DNA of 64,000 nt, taken from the NCBI RefSeq assembly GCF_963506605.1, contig NC_083280.1, forward strand, positions 51,708,001-51,772,000. The letters are read 5' to 3'. Position numbers and translations under genes: made by a program. This DNA is from Zootoca vivipara. Taxonomy: Eukaryota. The notes under the pieces were generated by a model. The model was not told the DNA's origin. It saw nothing but the letters and a program-made list of their open reading frames with translations, and made no database searches. Shown one piece after another: positions 24,723 to 36,782 of this stretch; position 1 is the first letter of the stretch, and each line of letters starts with the position of its first letter.

Positions 24723-27229
24723 AGAATGGCTTGGATCCTTAGATGTCTCATGCAATAAAAGTGTTGCTAAATGGGGGGCGGGGAGGCCAGAGCCTAATGT
24801 ACAGGCACAGGAAGAGCCTAATACATTTTCTGGCAATCGTTGGCGGAGCTGAAAATTCAAGTATCTTTGTAGACTTAACTCTCACAATAAGGAATCAATT
24901 ACAAAAAAAATTGGTCACCAGGCTAAGTGCTCTCAAGTTTTTATGGGTTTTTTTAAAAAAAAAACTAGTATTTTACCCTTTTGCCCTGTTTAGCTTTTTT
25001 AGTGCCTTTGTGGGCTGGTGTTTTCAATAATTGAAGCGATATCCAAATACTGTACTCAGAGGAGACCCATCGAAATCAGTGGATTTATGTTACTAAGTCT
25101 ACTGATTCAACAGGTCTATTTTGAATGCAGCTCATGTTAGATATAATCCTTGGGCTTTATGATGGGGTGGGGAACGACCTGCCCACAAGTCAAATGCAGC
25201 CCATACTCCTCACCAACTGTATGCCACACCCTGAAGTGATTTTGCCTGGTTGAAATGTTTCCTTGAAATTAGTTAATACTTCTTGCTTTAAGTGGATTGA
25301 AAGGTGGGGACGGGGGGGGGGCACAGAAACCTCTGAGTTTTTCATAGCTGGGATATAGCCTACTGTACAACTGTAAGAATTACATTGTCTGGGGCACTCC
25401 CCTCTGCCTCTGACCCCCATTCATCACTAGCATGCAACCCCGGGGTGGTGGGGCTCCCTACAGAGGAATGCAGCCCTTGTGCCAGAAAAAGGTCACCTAC
25501 AACCGTTTTATGGCATGCCCCTCCCTGGTATCAGTACCGATTAAGGCTGGTATATAAACATTTAAATAACAAACAAACATAAAAATGAATCGCTGCTGAG
25601 GTGCACTCACCATTCTGACACCCGAGGAGACTATGCTGATGCATCTCCAGCTGTTGCAGTTGACTATGGACAACCTGAGACATCACAAAAGTACATGGCA
25701 GCTGAGTGGATATAAAGGTGGGCCATTTTCTCTTCCCCAGCAGGAGCAGCTGAGACATTCAGCAGTCTTTTTCCTCAGTTGTTTGGAGGCAAATTGGCAG
25801 TTGGCTGGAGGTGATCATCTGGTGGTGGGATGCTGTGTCTATTCCATCTTTTTCTTCAAGGACAGATAACCTAGTCAAAAGCCTGAGTTTAGTATGGGCT
25901 ATAAATATTTTTAATAATGATCAAATCATTGCTGAGGTGCCACCACAATTGTCAGGCCTAGCTAGCTAGGGAGGTTGTGCTGATTCCTCCTCAGCTGTTG
26001 CCGTTAGCTACAGGTGGCCTATGATGTCACAAAAAGGACATGGCATCTGAAGGGGAAATGGCAGTTACTAGTGGTAGGAGGAAGGGACCAGCACCAGGAG
26101 AAGCAGGCTAAGGGCAAGCTGTGGCAGGGGAAGCTTGGCTCCTTCCTTTCAGCTTGAGTTGCTAACTTTTTGTGCTCTGAGGGCTCTTGAACCAGTCATA
26201 CCTGTAAAACAAATGAACACACTGCTTTTGTCACTGTGTGGTCCCCATCCCAAATAAACTTAGGATCCCCTACGGTTTGAGTAATTATCTTTTAGTTGAA
26301 ATATGTCTGCCGGGCCTAGTAAGGTGCTTGCCTCAGGATCAATCAATGTGAACATTCACATATTTTATTTAAAATCATTTATAAATTGCTTATTTTTTTT
26401 TAAAAAAAATACACAGCATACATTATAAAAGCAAAATAACTTAAACAAGCATACAACACAAAACCAATAAAACAGTAGTATAAATGCATGTTGAAAACCA
26501 ATGAAAACAGGATTTCAGGGAATTCAGACAAATAAAAACAAGGTCCTATCTTATGGATCAGGGAGAGCCTGGGCAAAAAGAAGTCTTTACAAGAAGACCC
26601 CTAGTGCAATGCTAGCACTCTACTTGTGGGCCATGATAAGCCACAAAGACCTGGGTTTGAATTTCACTTCTGCCCCCAAACTCAAGATAATTCTTTGGAG
26701 GAGGGGAGATGTTATGTCTTCAGTATCCCTCCTTTTTCCTTGCCCCACATATTTACAAATCTTTTCAGTTGCCAGTACTATGCCGAAGATTAAACCTGCG
26801 GCCTTGTGCCAGGAATGCAGGACTCTGCCTTACACCCCATCAGGCAGTTAGGCTACCTACTGTAGTTTAATATTATCTACACCTCTGGCCTTACCAACAT
26901 GGTGCCTGCAGGTGCCATGGTGCCCACCATTTCCTGCCAAAGAGACAAGCTCCCCAGCTCCCCTTCACACCACATTTCAGGATTCAAAGTCTATATACTT
27001 GAGGAAGCAGCCCCTGGTCTCTTTCCTAGGGTTGCCAGACCCCCCCCCCCGAGAAAATCTGAATTCTTCAAGTTAGCCTGTGACCACAGCCCCCCCCCCA
27101 GGGGGAGGACTTGGATCTCCAGGTGGGGAAGAGCACCTTTAAATTTTTATTACTATTAAGATCAAGTCTGTGCATGCAGTTTGCAAGCTTCAGCACAGCA
27201 GGAGCTTGTTGCAAATAATTGCATAACCT

Positions 27230-27605
27230 CTCAGGGCAGGCTTCCTCCTCCCATTTAACCTCTTGCCTCCAGGGTTCAGAGGTGAAAGGGATGGTACAAG
27301 AAGAGGGGGGGAAACGGACTGGGTTAAATAGGAGAAGGGTTATGAGCGGAGGCAGATTTAGGGGAGCTCAATCAGTTATGAATACACATATGAGCCTGGC
27401 ATGAAGCGAGGGGGGGGCACAAAAGGTAACAAAGCATATTAAGAAGAGCAGCAGCAGGAACCAAACCTGTTGCCTCTTCTCCCTGCCACAACTCCTGGGT
27501 GACTTCTTCTTCTTCTGGAGCCAGCTCTGAGGAGGCAAGGATAAAAATTGACCCAAGGAGACAGGAGTGCTGAGAGACTGAGTGGAGCCTGAGAGCCTGG
27601 AAAAG
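27230..27605 (+). promoter_or_regulatory. Candidate promoter/first non-coding exon of an unknown transcript
   Basis: GC/purine-rich unique stretch, TATA-like catattaa at 27435 and donor AAG|gtattt at 27605; no ORF. Confidence 0.2.
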
Positions 27606-30600
27606 GTATTTTATTTATTTATTTTCATTTAGAGTGAAGTGGAGACTAGTAAATCACATCGGGGTAAATGGGTGATGTGGGGGTTGCCGTTGAGGCTGAA
27701 GAAAATAAAAGGCTGAATTGGGAAGTTCCCAATCCCAGTCCAGCAAGGTTTTTTTCCCTTCCAGCACCAGGACTGTTTCAAAATAAAATCTAGATTGAAA
27801 GGGGCCTTCTGCTAGCCTACTGGTATTTTTGGCTCCTCCCACTGTGTCTTAAACACAGAACTTGGGAAATAAATTATGTCTGTGCATGAAATAGAAGTTT
27901 TGAAAGGTGAAGAGTACCCTTGACACTTTAACTTAAGTGGACAGAAACACCCATCGCATACTGTGTCTTAAACACAGGGCTTGGGAAATAAATTGTGATT
28001 TCAGAAAGAGGTTCAGAATGTTAATTTCCTTTGTGATAGTGACACTACGCCCACCTGATCACTCCCCACTTCTGCTAGATTGATTTATATGGCAGAAAGG
28101 TAGACCTGCGCTGCAGGTGATCGCATACGCTTTTATTAACGTTACATGTTCCGATGTATTTTCTTTATTTTATTCCAAACAAGCAGGAATGTAGTGGGGC
28201 ACCTTAAAGAGTAGTCAATTGTATAATGATATAAGTATTGGTGAAGGATGGGGGGGGGGGTAAATAGTGAGGTGAGAAGGAAATTAAATGCTTAAAGTAC
28301 TAACTGGCAAATGCATCATTAACACCTGCTGTTCATAAAAGCCTTTCACAAACTTAAGTTTCATGCTTAATGTTTCATGCTTAATGATACCACCAGGGCC
28401 CACCTTGTGACATCACTACGGTCAATCCCTAAATCTCAGATTTCAGCCTTCAAATTCCAGGGTCTTTGATCTCCTGACCTCATAGCCCTAGGCCTCGGTC
28501 CTTTGTGAAATGGGGTAAGGCAAGGAGAACGCACAGATCTTCTAGAATTATCCCATTCAAACACAGCACTTTGATGTATGTTGCCCTCTCCCACTTGATT
28601 ATTTATCATGGCCACGTTACATTTTCATAGAGGGAGATGAATAAGCACACCTCTGAACTGCCCTACATGAACAACTGGAGAACTTTTCTTTTGCAAGGAA
28701 GCATTGTTTGCCCCCCCCCTTTTTTCTCCTTTATTTCTTTCCAACACCCTTTTACATTTGTATGCTTATAGTTTGGTGCGATCATTCTTCCATTTAGGAA
28801 AGTATCAACAGCAAATAGAGCATTTTGGAATGAAGTAACAAGAATTTATCCTCTCTAATTGTTTGTACTTAAACTAAATGAAATCCTATGGGTCCCCCCC
28901 CCTTCTACCCTCCCTTATCCCCACACAAGCACTGGAATTTTATTTTTTAACCTTTAAGAAAATGATTTAGACTGCTTGTTGCTAAAGATATTGAGGAGCA
29001 GGACCCTAGGGCTGCATCTTCTACACCACACATTGGAACCCCCCCCCCAATACTCTTGGGAACTGTCGTTTAAATATGTGTTAAATGTATGGTATGAACT
29101 TAGCCTGTATTAGCTCCTCAGATATTATACATTTTCTACAAGTTTGATTCACGCCCCCCCTTCAATGCCCTATGTAGTTTTGTTTAACTTATGTGACTAT
29201 TTCTTCATGGAGAATGTGATTCTGTGAAGAACTGATTTTACAAGACTAGTGAATAGGGAATTGATAACAAAGGCAGGACTGTCTTTTACCTCGGTCTCTC
29301 TCCATAAATTATACTCTCTAATCTGCTAATTTGATGGACCCCCTTCACCCAAACAAATTCCTTGCTTCTGCCAAATGGCCAGTGTCCAGGCCAGTCAGCA
29401 TATGATGCAGTGTATTGATTTATGGTATATTTCACTGTGCCTGTGTTCAAATGAAGCTTTGATTGCTATAGTTGGAATGAACATTAAAAGGTTTCCTTAA
29501 ATGTTTTCCTCCTTAGTTTCCTGCAAAAAGGTGGTATTTGCCTCATAAGAAATTTTTAAAAATGGATCTGTTCCTCTGGTTTCTTGTAACATCACCATCC
29601 TAGGGCATTTTGACCACAAACATTGAGCTTACAAATGTTCAACATATACACAGTTTAAATCATCAGAGCATTCAGCCTTCTGTTACTTTGGCGTGGAGAT
29701 AATCTACACATAAATCACGAGGGGACCTCATTTCCTATGAAAAGATGGTGATTTCCCATGTAATAAACACCCTCTGTCACTTATAAAAACCCCAGCAATG
29801 CCTGGCATTCTGTAGGGACGGGGGCTTTGTGCAAAAGGTTTCTGTCCTCTGCTAGAGGTTTGACAGAAGGTGGCTGGGATATTTTGTGAAGAGGCTTTGC
29901 AGATTGTAAAATAGTCGCTAGTTTTATAAGTGGGAGATTTAAATAAACACAAGGAAAGATTCAGGTCACTTTTCATTCTCAAGCCTGTTTCTGTTTTCTC
30001 TCCTCAGGTGCACTTAAATTCATATTCACAGCCAAGGTCCTCCCAGGGGATTTTATATACCTCATTTTGTCCCTCATTTTGAAGAGTGCTCTGCTTAAGG
30101 GCAATTGTTTTCAATGCATTAGTGTACTTCAGCATGTTGTCAGATGGTGTTTTCAACATGTACATAATTACAGCTGGTCACTCAAGCATGGCCCATCAAG
30201 GCTCCATATCAGCTGGTTGTCAAGCTTAGATTGTCACTAGTAGTCAGAGTAACAACAGCCCTTCTCCATTATGGGGAAGTCAAAAAGCCAACTTTAGTGA
30301 ATGTGGTGGAAATGGAAAACATCAGGAGCAGGCTTTACTAGGATAGAGCTGAAAATCTGGTGGCTCAATGATGAACAGGACAGAACTTACCAAAACTGAA
30401 ATCCATTTGGTATCCAAGTATCAAAGTTCAAGAATCCTGATTCTGTCTTCACTACAGCATTAGCTAGCCCTCCCAGTTTGGTGTAATCTGGAAATTTGAT
30501 TGGCGGATGGCACTAACATAGGAAAAACACTTCATAAAATGAAAAGGGAAGCTGTTGTAGCTATTGCAATGGTGTTGTGGAGTCACTTTTCTTGCTTGGC

Positions 30601-31984
30601 CAGCCATTTCACTCATTAACACAGGGGGTTAATTCAGGAACCCCTGTTGTGTCCTAGGTTACCATATCATGTCTTATATGGACATTGTAGCGTTTGAGGG
30701 CCACTTAAGCCCTGAATAGTTTGCAAGCATAGATGCAACTGAAACTGGCCCAGAAAACAAACTAAGGGATTTTTATTGTGAATGATTTAATCGAGGGTGC
30801 TATTAGCAGCCTTCTCATTGAACTATCCTGTCCAGAAAAGCCCATTATAATTTGGCATTCACTGGTGGAGGTAGAGGGGGATCCCTGGAATGGAAAGCTG
30901 CTGCTGTGCTAGTATTCAAACTGGGGTGAATCCACCAGCCCACATTTCCCACTTTTCAGAAGCTGGTCATAAACATAAACGGCCTTGGATATTTAAATAA
31001 AGCCATTATGAGTATTCTCTATTTGTTAGCTGGTCATCAACTTTAGATGCAATTAAAGTGAAATTACCTCTGATAGACACATGGTTATGAACTTTCAGCC
31101 ATAACTCCCTTGGTATTGCATTATTGTTTCAAATTAAAATGGTGTTTCTCTTTGCTTAAAACCTCACATTATTTTTTTAAAGCCATGGTGTGCCTAGAGA
31201 GTGATGAAATGCAAAACACACAGCCTTGCAGGGCCTTGTAAAAAGCACACAAAGACACTTGTTCAGCACAGTAAAGATAAGAATTATGAATTTATGGTTT
31301 CACAATATTGCTTACAGCAAAGTAGTGGAAGCTGGGACTTAGGCTTTTCTAGAAAGGATAATTAGAAACAATAAATAGTCACAGGACAATATTGCCCTAA
31401 TCAGTTAATCATCCCTACCCAAAGTGATAAAATGACCGTTATTAATGCTTTTTTTTTTGGCATAAAGATTACTTTGGATAGAATGGCATCCTGTTTATCC
31501 ACTGTTAATGTTCAGCTATTGCTTAAATAACTGTGTACTATTAAACTGAAAGGCTTAAATGTAGTCGGGTTCATACTTTTGGAAATCCCCACTTTGGAAG
31601 ATGTGGGGATGTCAGTGGGCAACACTTGGATAGAAGTGACATTTATGATAACTGGTGTACAAGGGCGTACCCACCATGGGGCAAGTTAGGGCAGCTGCCC
31701 TACTCTAGAAGCCAGCTGGCAGCTGCCCCTCTCTAGAAGCAAAAGGACGCAGCGAGGGAGAGGAGGGGAGAGAGCGCAACACCCTCCTGCTGGAGCTCGC
31801 CCGGGCTGCCTCCCCACAGCCTTCACTCGTTCAGCTCATTCTGCTGCTGCTCTTACTAGAGCAAACAAGGAGGGGGGAATGGAGAACCAGAATTGGAAGA
31901 GCTGGGGTGTGGATTAAAACACTGTACGTAAAACACCACACTCACTCTGATGTTCCTCCCAGGGATCGCGGTGGGAGGGAGGGG

Positions 31985-31987
<3 letters not shown>

Positions 31988-32068
<81 letters not shown>
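31988..32068. repeat. (GA)n microsatellite, about 40 units
   Basis: Directly visible. Confidence 0.98.
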
Positions 32069-32070
<2 letters not shown>

Positions 32071-32533
32071 TTGAAGCTGGCTGCTGAAGGATTGAAGTCT
32101 CTCTCTCGCGCGCGTGCGCGTAAAGAGAGGAGGCTGGACAGGGCGAGCCTTCCAAAGCTCCTGTGCCAGTATTTAAGATACAATTTGTTTCCTTGTTTCA
32201 GGTAGCAAATGGTCGGCACCACAGCTTTTACTCTTGTCCTTGGGGAGGGGGGATCTTTATCAGTTTAATGAAACCTCCAGCGATAATGAGGTGTGAAAGG
32301 AGTTCCGTTTTAACTGGGTGGTTTTGCATAAGGAGGCTTGGAAGGCATGGGAATGCAATGGTGTTATATCTTTCCCAATTGTCCTCCCTCCTTTGTGTCT
32401 TTTATCATCCAAGCTGTTTGGGCAGCCACTGTGTGATGTGATCTTAAAAGATGTGTGTTAGAAAGGGTGGGCATAGATGTCTCAGTTTTCTCTTTCAGCC
32501 TTAAAGGGCCAGCACCCCTTTATTGCTATAAAG

Positions 32534-32836
32534 CAGGCATGTCCAACAGGTAGATCATGATCTACTAATAGATCACTGGACGTCTGTGGTAGATCACTGG
32601 CTCCCCCCAAAGAAGCTCAGCAACTTTGGCTCCCCTAAAAAAAGCTCTACATCTTTGCCCTGAAGCCCCCAAAACAGGGCTTTCCTTCCTAAATAAAGCT
32701 AAACTTTGACCTGAACCCGCTAAAACATGGATGGCTTTCCTTCCTAAAAAAAAGCTCAACAACCTCAACCTGAACCCCCAAAAGGGGGTAGATCAATCAC
32801 TGCCAGTTTTTAACTCTTGGAAGTTGGCCACCCCTG
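32534..32836. mobile_element. hAT (Charlie-like) MITE nested in the 3.5-kb element
   Basis: TIRs caggcatgtccaac / gttggccacccctg, perfect 8-bp TSD ctataaag (32526-32533, 32837-32844), gtagatca subterminal repeats and internal tandem units. Confidence 0.85.
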
Positions 32837-32927
32837 CTATAAAGAGTCTGCATGTAGCTTCATTGGAAGCGATGGTATGTTGGCATTGACAACAGATATT
32901 TTTTATGTTGTTATGTATTACGGTTTT

Positions 32928-34027
32928 TAGTTTCTTTGCTGTCTCACCAATAGAAAAACCTGGGTGGTCACTGTTAGGGAATTTTATGGGGGGGGGCACC
33001 CAAACGAGGCTTCATTTGGGAATCAAGATTGGCACAAATGCCCTCAAGGGGACCCCATTTGATCCTACAACACCACTCTAGTATCGCACCAACACGAACC
33101 CCCTCAAGATCAAGCCCTGTGTAATAAAGGCTCCCTTTCCTACCCTTTCTCTGTTGCCTGAGACTCTATGTAACCATATTTCTTTATGAATGAATACAGT
33201 GTATCTTTATTTCTAAATGAAACCCCCTTTTGCTACTCTGGCCAAGGGCTCTCAGGGATGCAGGGAACAGCCATAATCCTTTAAGCAAGAGGTCAGGTAG
33301 CCAGGGTGGTGCTCCTCTGCATATCCATAATCCATTCAGGTACCATCTCCTGCCATTCCCAACCCTCCAAAGCCAGAGGCAATACTCACACCTGGACCCA
33401 TTGTCCCCCCCCCCCGCCAGGTACTCAAGGATCCCCTCCCAGATACTTACTGGTACTTGCTTAACAATGTTCTGGGACATCGTGCATTGTTACCGTATGT
33501 TAATCCTGTTTACCTCCTGTTTACCTGTATGCTAATGCCCCTTGCCCCTTCCCCTTTTCTGACGTTTTACCCTGTCACAAGTGATGTATGTATGATGCTT
33601 TCGATGTACATTATGGGATGGTGGTGGGAACTTTTAAAAGTTCTTGCAGCCCTGTTCATGGTGTTCAGTCTGGCATTGAACCTGCTGCGCAGTAATAAAC
33701 CTTGCTGTTTGCTCCGGATCGTGGCTGGACTCCTTCCTTTTATACTCTGCAACGACCACAGGCCCTTGCCTGATGAGCTGGGTGGCTGAGCATTCTCGCA
33801 CCCAGAATTTTGCCCTAACAGTCGCTTTTTATCTTTGGGCGATGCTCAGAACAAAACAGGAAGAAAGCAGGTGGTGGACTTTTGGGGGAATTGGAGTCCT
33901 TTTACTTCTTCTTCTCTCCTTTAGGAGGGATATAACTTTCCATCTCCTTCTCATAATGAACTTTGCCACTGTTTGCCATGTCTTCAAACTTGCCTATTTG
34001 TTTTGCTGACATTGTCCACCATTCAGA
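32928..34027 (-). pseudogene. HMGB2: HMGB2-like processed pseudogene fragment (end of box A, linker, start of box B), split by a solo LTR
   Basis: 34027-33821 translates [68 protein letters not shown]. After removing the LTR and one TSD the frame resumes (32966-32928) as HPGFSIGETAKKL. SEHRPKIKS…SIG.TAKKL fits HMGB2 better than HMGB1. One in-frame stop, no introns. Confidence 0.92.
32972..33820 (+). mobile_element. Solo LTR (849 bp, Gypsy/ERV-type)
   Basis: TG…CA termini with 8-bp IR tgttaggg/ccctaaca, 5-bp TSD gtcac/gtcgc, AATAAA about 125 nt before the 3' end; cleanly interrupts the HMGB2 reading frame. Confidence 0.9.
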
Positions 34028-34557
34028 CAATTGGGTTGCATTTCGCAGGGCAGAAGAGTCCGGACCTTGGTGTATTCAGCTTGCTAGGCTTACAGGAATC
34101 CGGACGTATGAAAGGGGTCGGTCTTGCTGTGGGCAGGATTCCTGCATTACCGGGGGGGGGTTGGACTAGATGACCCTGGGGGTCCCTTTCAGGCCAGCTC
34201 TACAGGATTTCTGTGAGGGGTTCAAGTGAAAGGAGCGGCTGTAGATAGTTTCTGTGCTTCAGGCTGCTATCCTATACAGGCTTACCTAGGCATAGATTGA
34301 TTTCTTAAGATGGTTGTGTGAAAATTATTATGGACAAAGTATAATCATGTAGCGCCTGTATTGTAGGCTCAGCTTATAAATATGTGTAAATAAGCAATAC
34401 ATCATAAAGACACCACTATCTCCACTGTGGAAATATGAACCCTGGGTAAGTGCCTGGGCCCCTGGAATCTCACTGTTGTGGATATTGGGGTGGCATGGAA
34501 CAATATTAAAACTTGCAGTTTGCCCCCCCCTCCTCCATTCCCTCAATACTTTTCATA

Positions 34558-34665
34558 TAATCATAGAATCACAGTACTCCAGGTGAGGTCTGACCAGGGC
34601 AGAATACAGTGGTACTATTACTTCCCTTGATCTAGATGCTATACTCCTATTGATGCAGCCCAGAA
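34558..34665 (-). mobile_element. CR1 fragment (tail joined to an internal ORF2 piece)
   Basis: atcatagaatca + cagtactccaggtgaggtctgaccagggcagaata…ctcctattgatgcagccca. Confidence 0.7.
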
Positions 34666-35421
34666 TGGGATAAGGCAAAAGATGGGATAAGGCAAAAGAA
34701 GGCAAACTTTAATTTATTTCTGTACAGCAGGCTTTGCTAAGCTGATTCCCCTCCGTGTGCTTTGGACTACAACTCCCATCTGCCTCTGGCAGCGCAGTTG
34801 TGGTCCAAAGCACGTGGAAGGTGCCAGGCTGTCAAAGGATGCTGTTCATTCATAATATGAGTGCCCATGTGCGTAGTATGGGATATGCCTTGTCCTTGCT
34901 CTTGCGTAACCACAGCTGGGCCTCAGCAGGCTCATTGAGAATGTCCCTTTTTATAGCTGCTTGTCCTGACCTTTCTCTGATCCTCCTTATTATTTCCCTG
35001 GATTTCCTCCCTTTTGGTGTTATTAGACTGGAGTCAGTTTCACCTGGGCTCTGTAGCCCCACCCACGTCCCCACTTTGTGGCACCTCCCCTCCTGTGCCT
35101 TGGCCCCGCCCCTTGCCCCTCCCCTCCCATGCCTTGGGCCCACCCCTTGCCCCCCCCCCTAGTTTTGATCCTGGGTACGCCCCTGCTGGTGTATCCAAGT
35201 GGAGGGATGTACTATACTGTAACATAGCTTGCCTATTTGCCTGCCTTCTGCCTGGTGTTCTTGGATCCAATCCTATCTTACTTGTGCCCTGGTGCCATCT
35301 TGCTTGGTGCATTCAGAAAACTAAACTAGCATACAGATAAGACTACATTAGAACCTTTTTTCCTTTCTGTTGGTAGGGAGTTTGACATGGGACAGTGTGC
35401 AAGCATGCTGCCTGTATTCTA

Positions 35422-35800
35422 ATCATAGAGATGGAAAGGACCCCAACGGTCAGCCTCCCCTGTTGATGCAGGCAATCTACTGCTATAGCATCCCAGATAG
35501 GTGGCAATCAGATAGGTGGCATCCCAGATAGGTGGAAAGTTAAGAAGCATCCATCATCTCTTGAAGCAGTACAATCTACTGTTGAGCAGCTTGTGTCACC
35601 AGGAAGTTCTTCCTTCTAAGTCCTCCTCCATTTGCACCTGTTAGTTCAAATCTTAACCTCTGGAAGCACAGGGAACAAATTTGCTCCATCAACTACCGGT
35701 ATGTGACAGTATCATCTCTTCTCACCTCCTGGTGAAACATACCCAAACTCCTTAATTCTTTCCTCCTCTGAATTGGCCTCCAGACCCCTCACCTCCTTTG
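35422..35800 (-). mobile_element. Old CR1 3' fragment
   Basis: atcatagagatggaaaggaccc…caggaagttcttcc…aacatacccaaactcctt; decayed version of 45665-46064. Confidence 0.65.
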
Positions 35801-36742
35801 ATCCCCTCTTATATCTGCACTCAGAAATCAGTTATGTTGAATCTTTGAGAAAATCCGCAAAATATACTTAGAGCAAAGGACTTTGCTCAAAGAATCCTGG
35901 GAACTAAGTTTTGTTAAGGATGCTAGGAAATTGGAGCTCTGTGAGGGGGAAACTACAATTCCCAGGATTCTTTGGGGGGTGTCATCTGCTTTAAATGTGC
36001 ATTGGATGTGCTAAATGTATGCCCTTCCTTAGTTGCCAAAGAGGTTTTTGACTGAAAGTGTTAATACTGTTTCATACTGAACTCTGCCAACATGAGACGG
36101 TCTGTAGAATGATAATAAACTTTATAGATTTTTCCTGCTTCTTCCAAAAGCTTCTGAATCGCCTATATAGCTGGGATAATGAGACTAGCAGTATTTGGCT
36201 TTTGCTATCCCAGGCACAAAGGAAACACATCCAAAATCTCTGAACTATGACACTTGGCATCCTTTAAAGGAAGGAATGCAGGCAGCATACAGATTCTCAG
36301 TTCTATGCAGCATCTCTCTGTATCAGAACTATATACTGTATAGGAATAAGTTTTAAGGACCTGCCAAATTACCCAACTCATTTTGCCTGATGAAATGTGG
36401 AGTTGGCTCCATCCACATTGCATTGTAACCTGTGGTTGTGTTCACATGAATTGGGTCAAAAAATGATTTCCCCTTCTACAACTAATCAGGCATCACCAGC
36501 AACCCCTTCTTCAGTGTGACTTGCTTTACTTTGCTTAGATCACAGCTATCAGTTCCTCAGACCTTTGAAAACAAGCTGAGCTGAGATTCCAGACAGCATT
36601 GGTGCTTTTCAGAGGACCAGTGAATGTGTAGGGCAGCGGTCAGATTCACGTCAGTAGTTCCTGCTTCCCACCTGGTTCTCTGAACAGAGCCCATGTATAT
36701 ACAACTTGTGCACATGTAGGTGTTCTCTCTCTCCCCCCCCCC

Positions 36743-36782
<40 letters not shown>

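Larger units (their letters stand above)
31660..35185. mobile_element. Non-autonomous hAT-type DNA transposon (3526 bp) with heterogeneous internal cargo
   Basis: TIRs caagggcgtacccac / ctgggtacgcccctg (13/15), perfect 8-bp TSD ctggtgta (31652-31659, 35186-35193), GC-rich subterminal repeats, no transposase ORF. Confidence 0.85.

Noticed and set aside
35490-35535. Three tandem cagataggtgg copies; also short tandem duplications at 34665-34698 and about 28358-28386
   Set aside because: Ordinary local slippage duplications within or beside old repeats.
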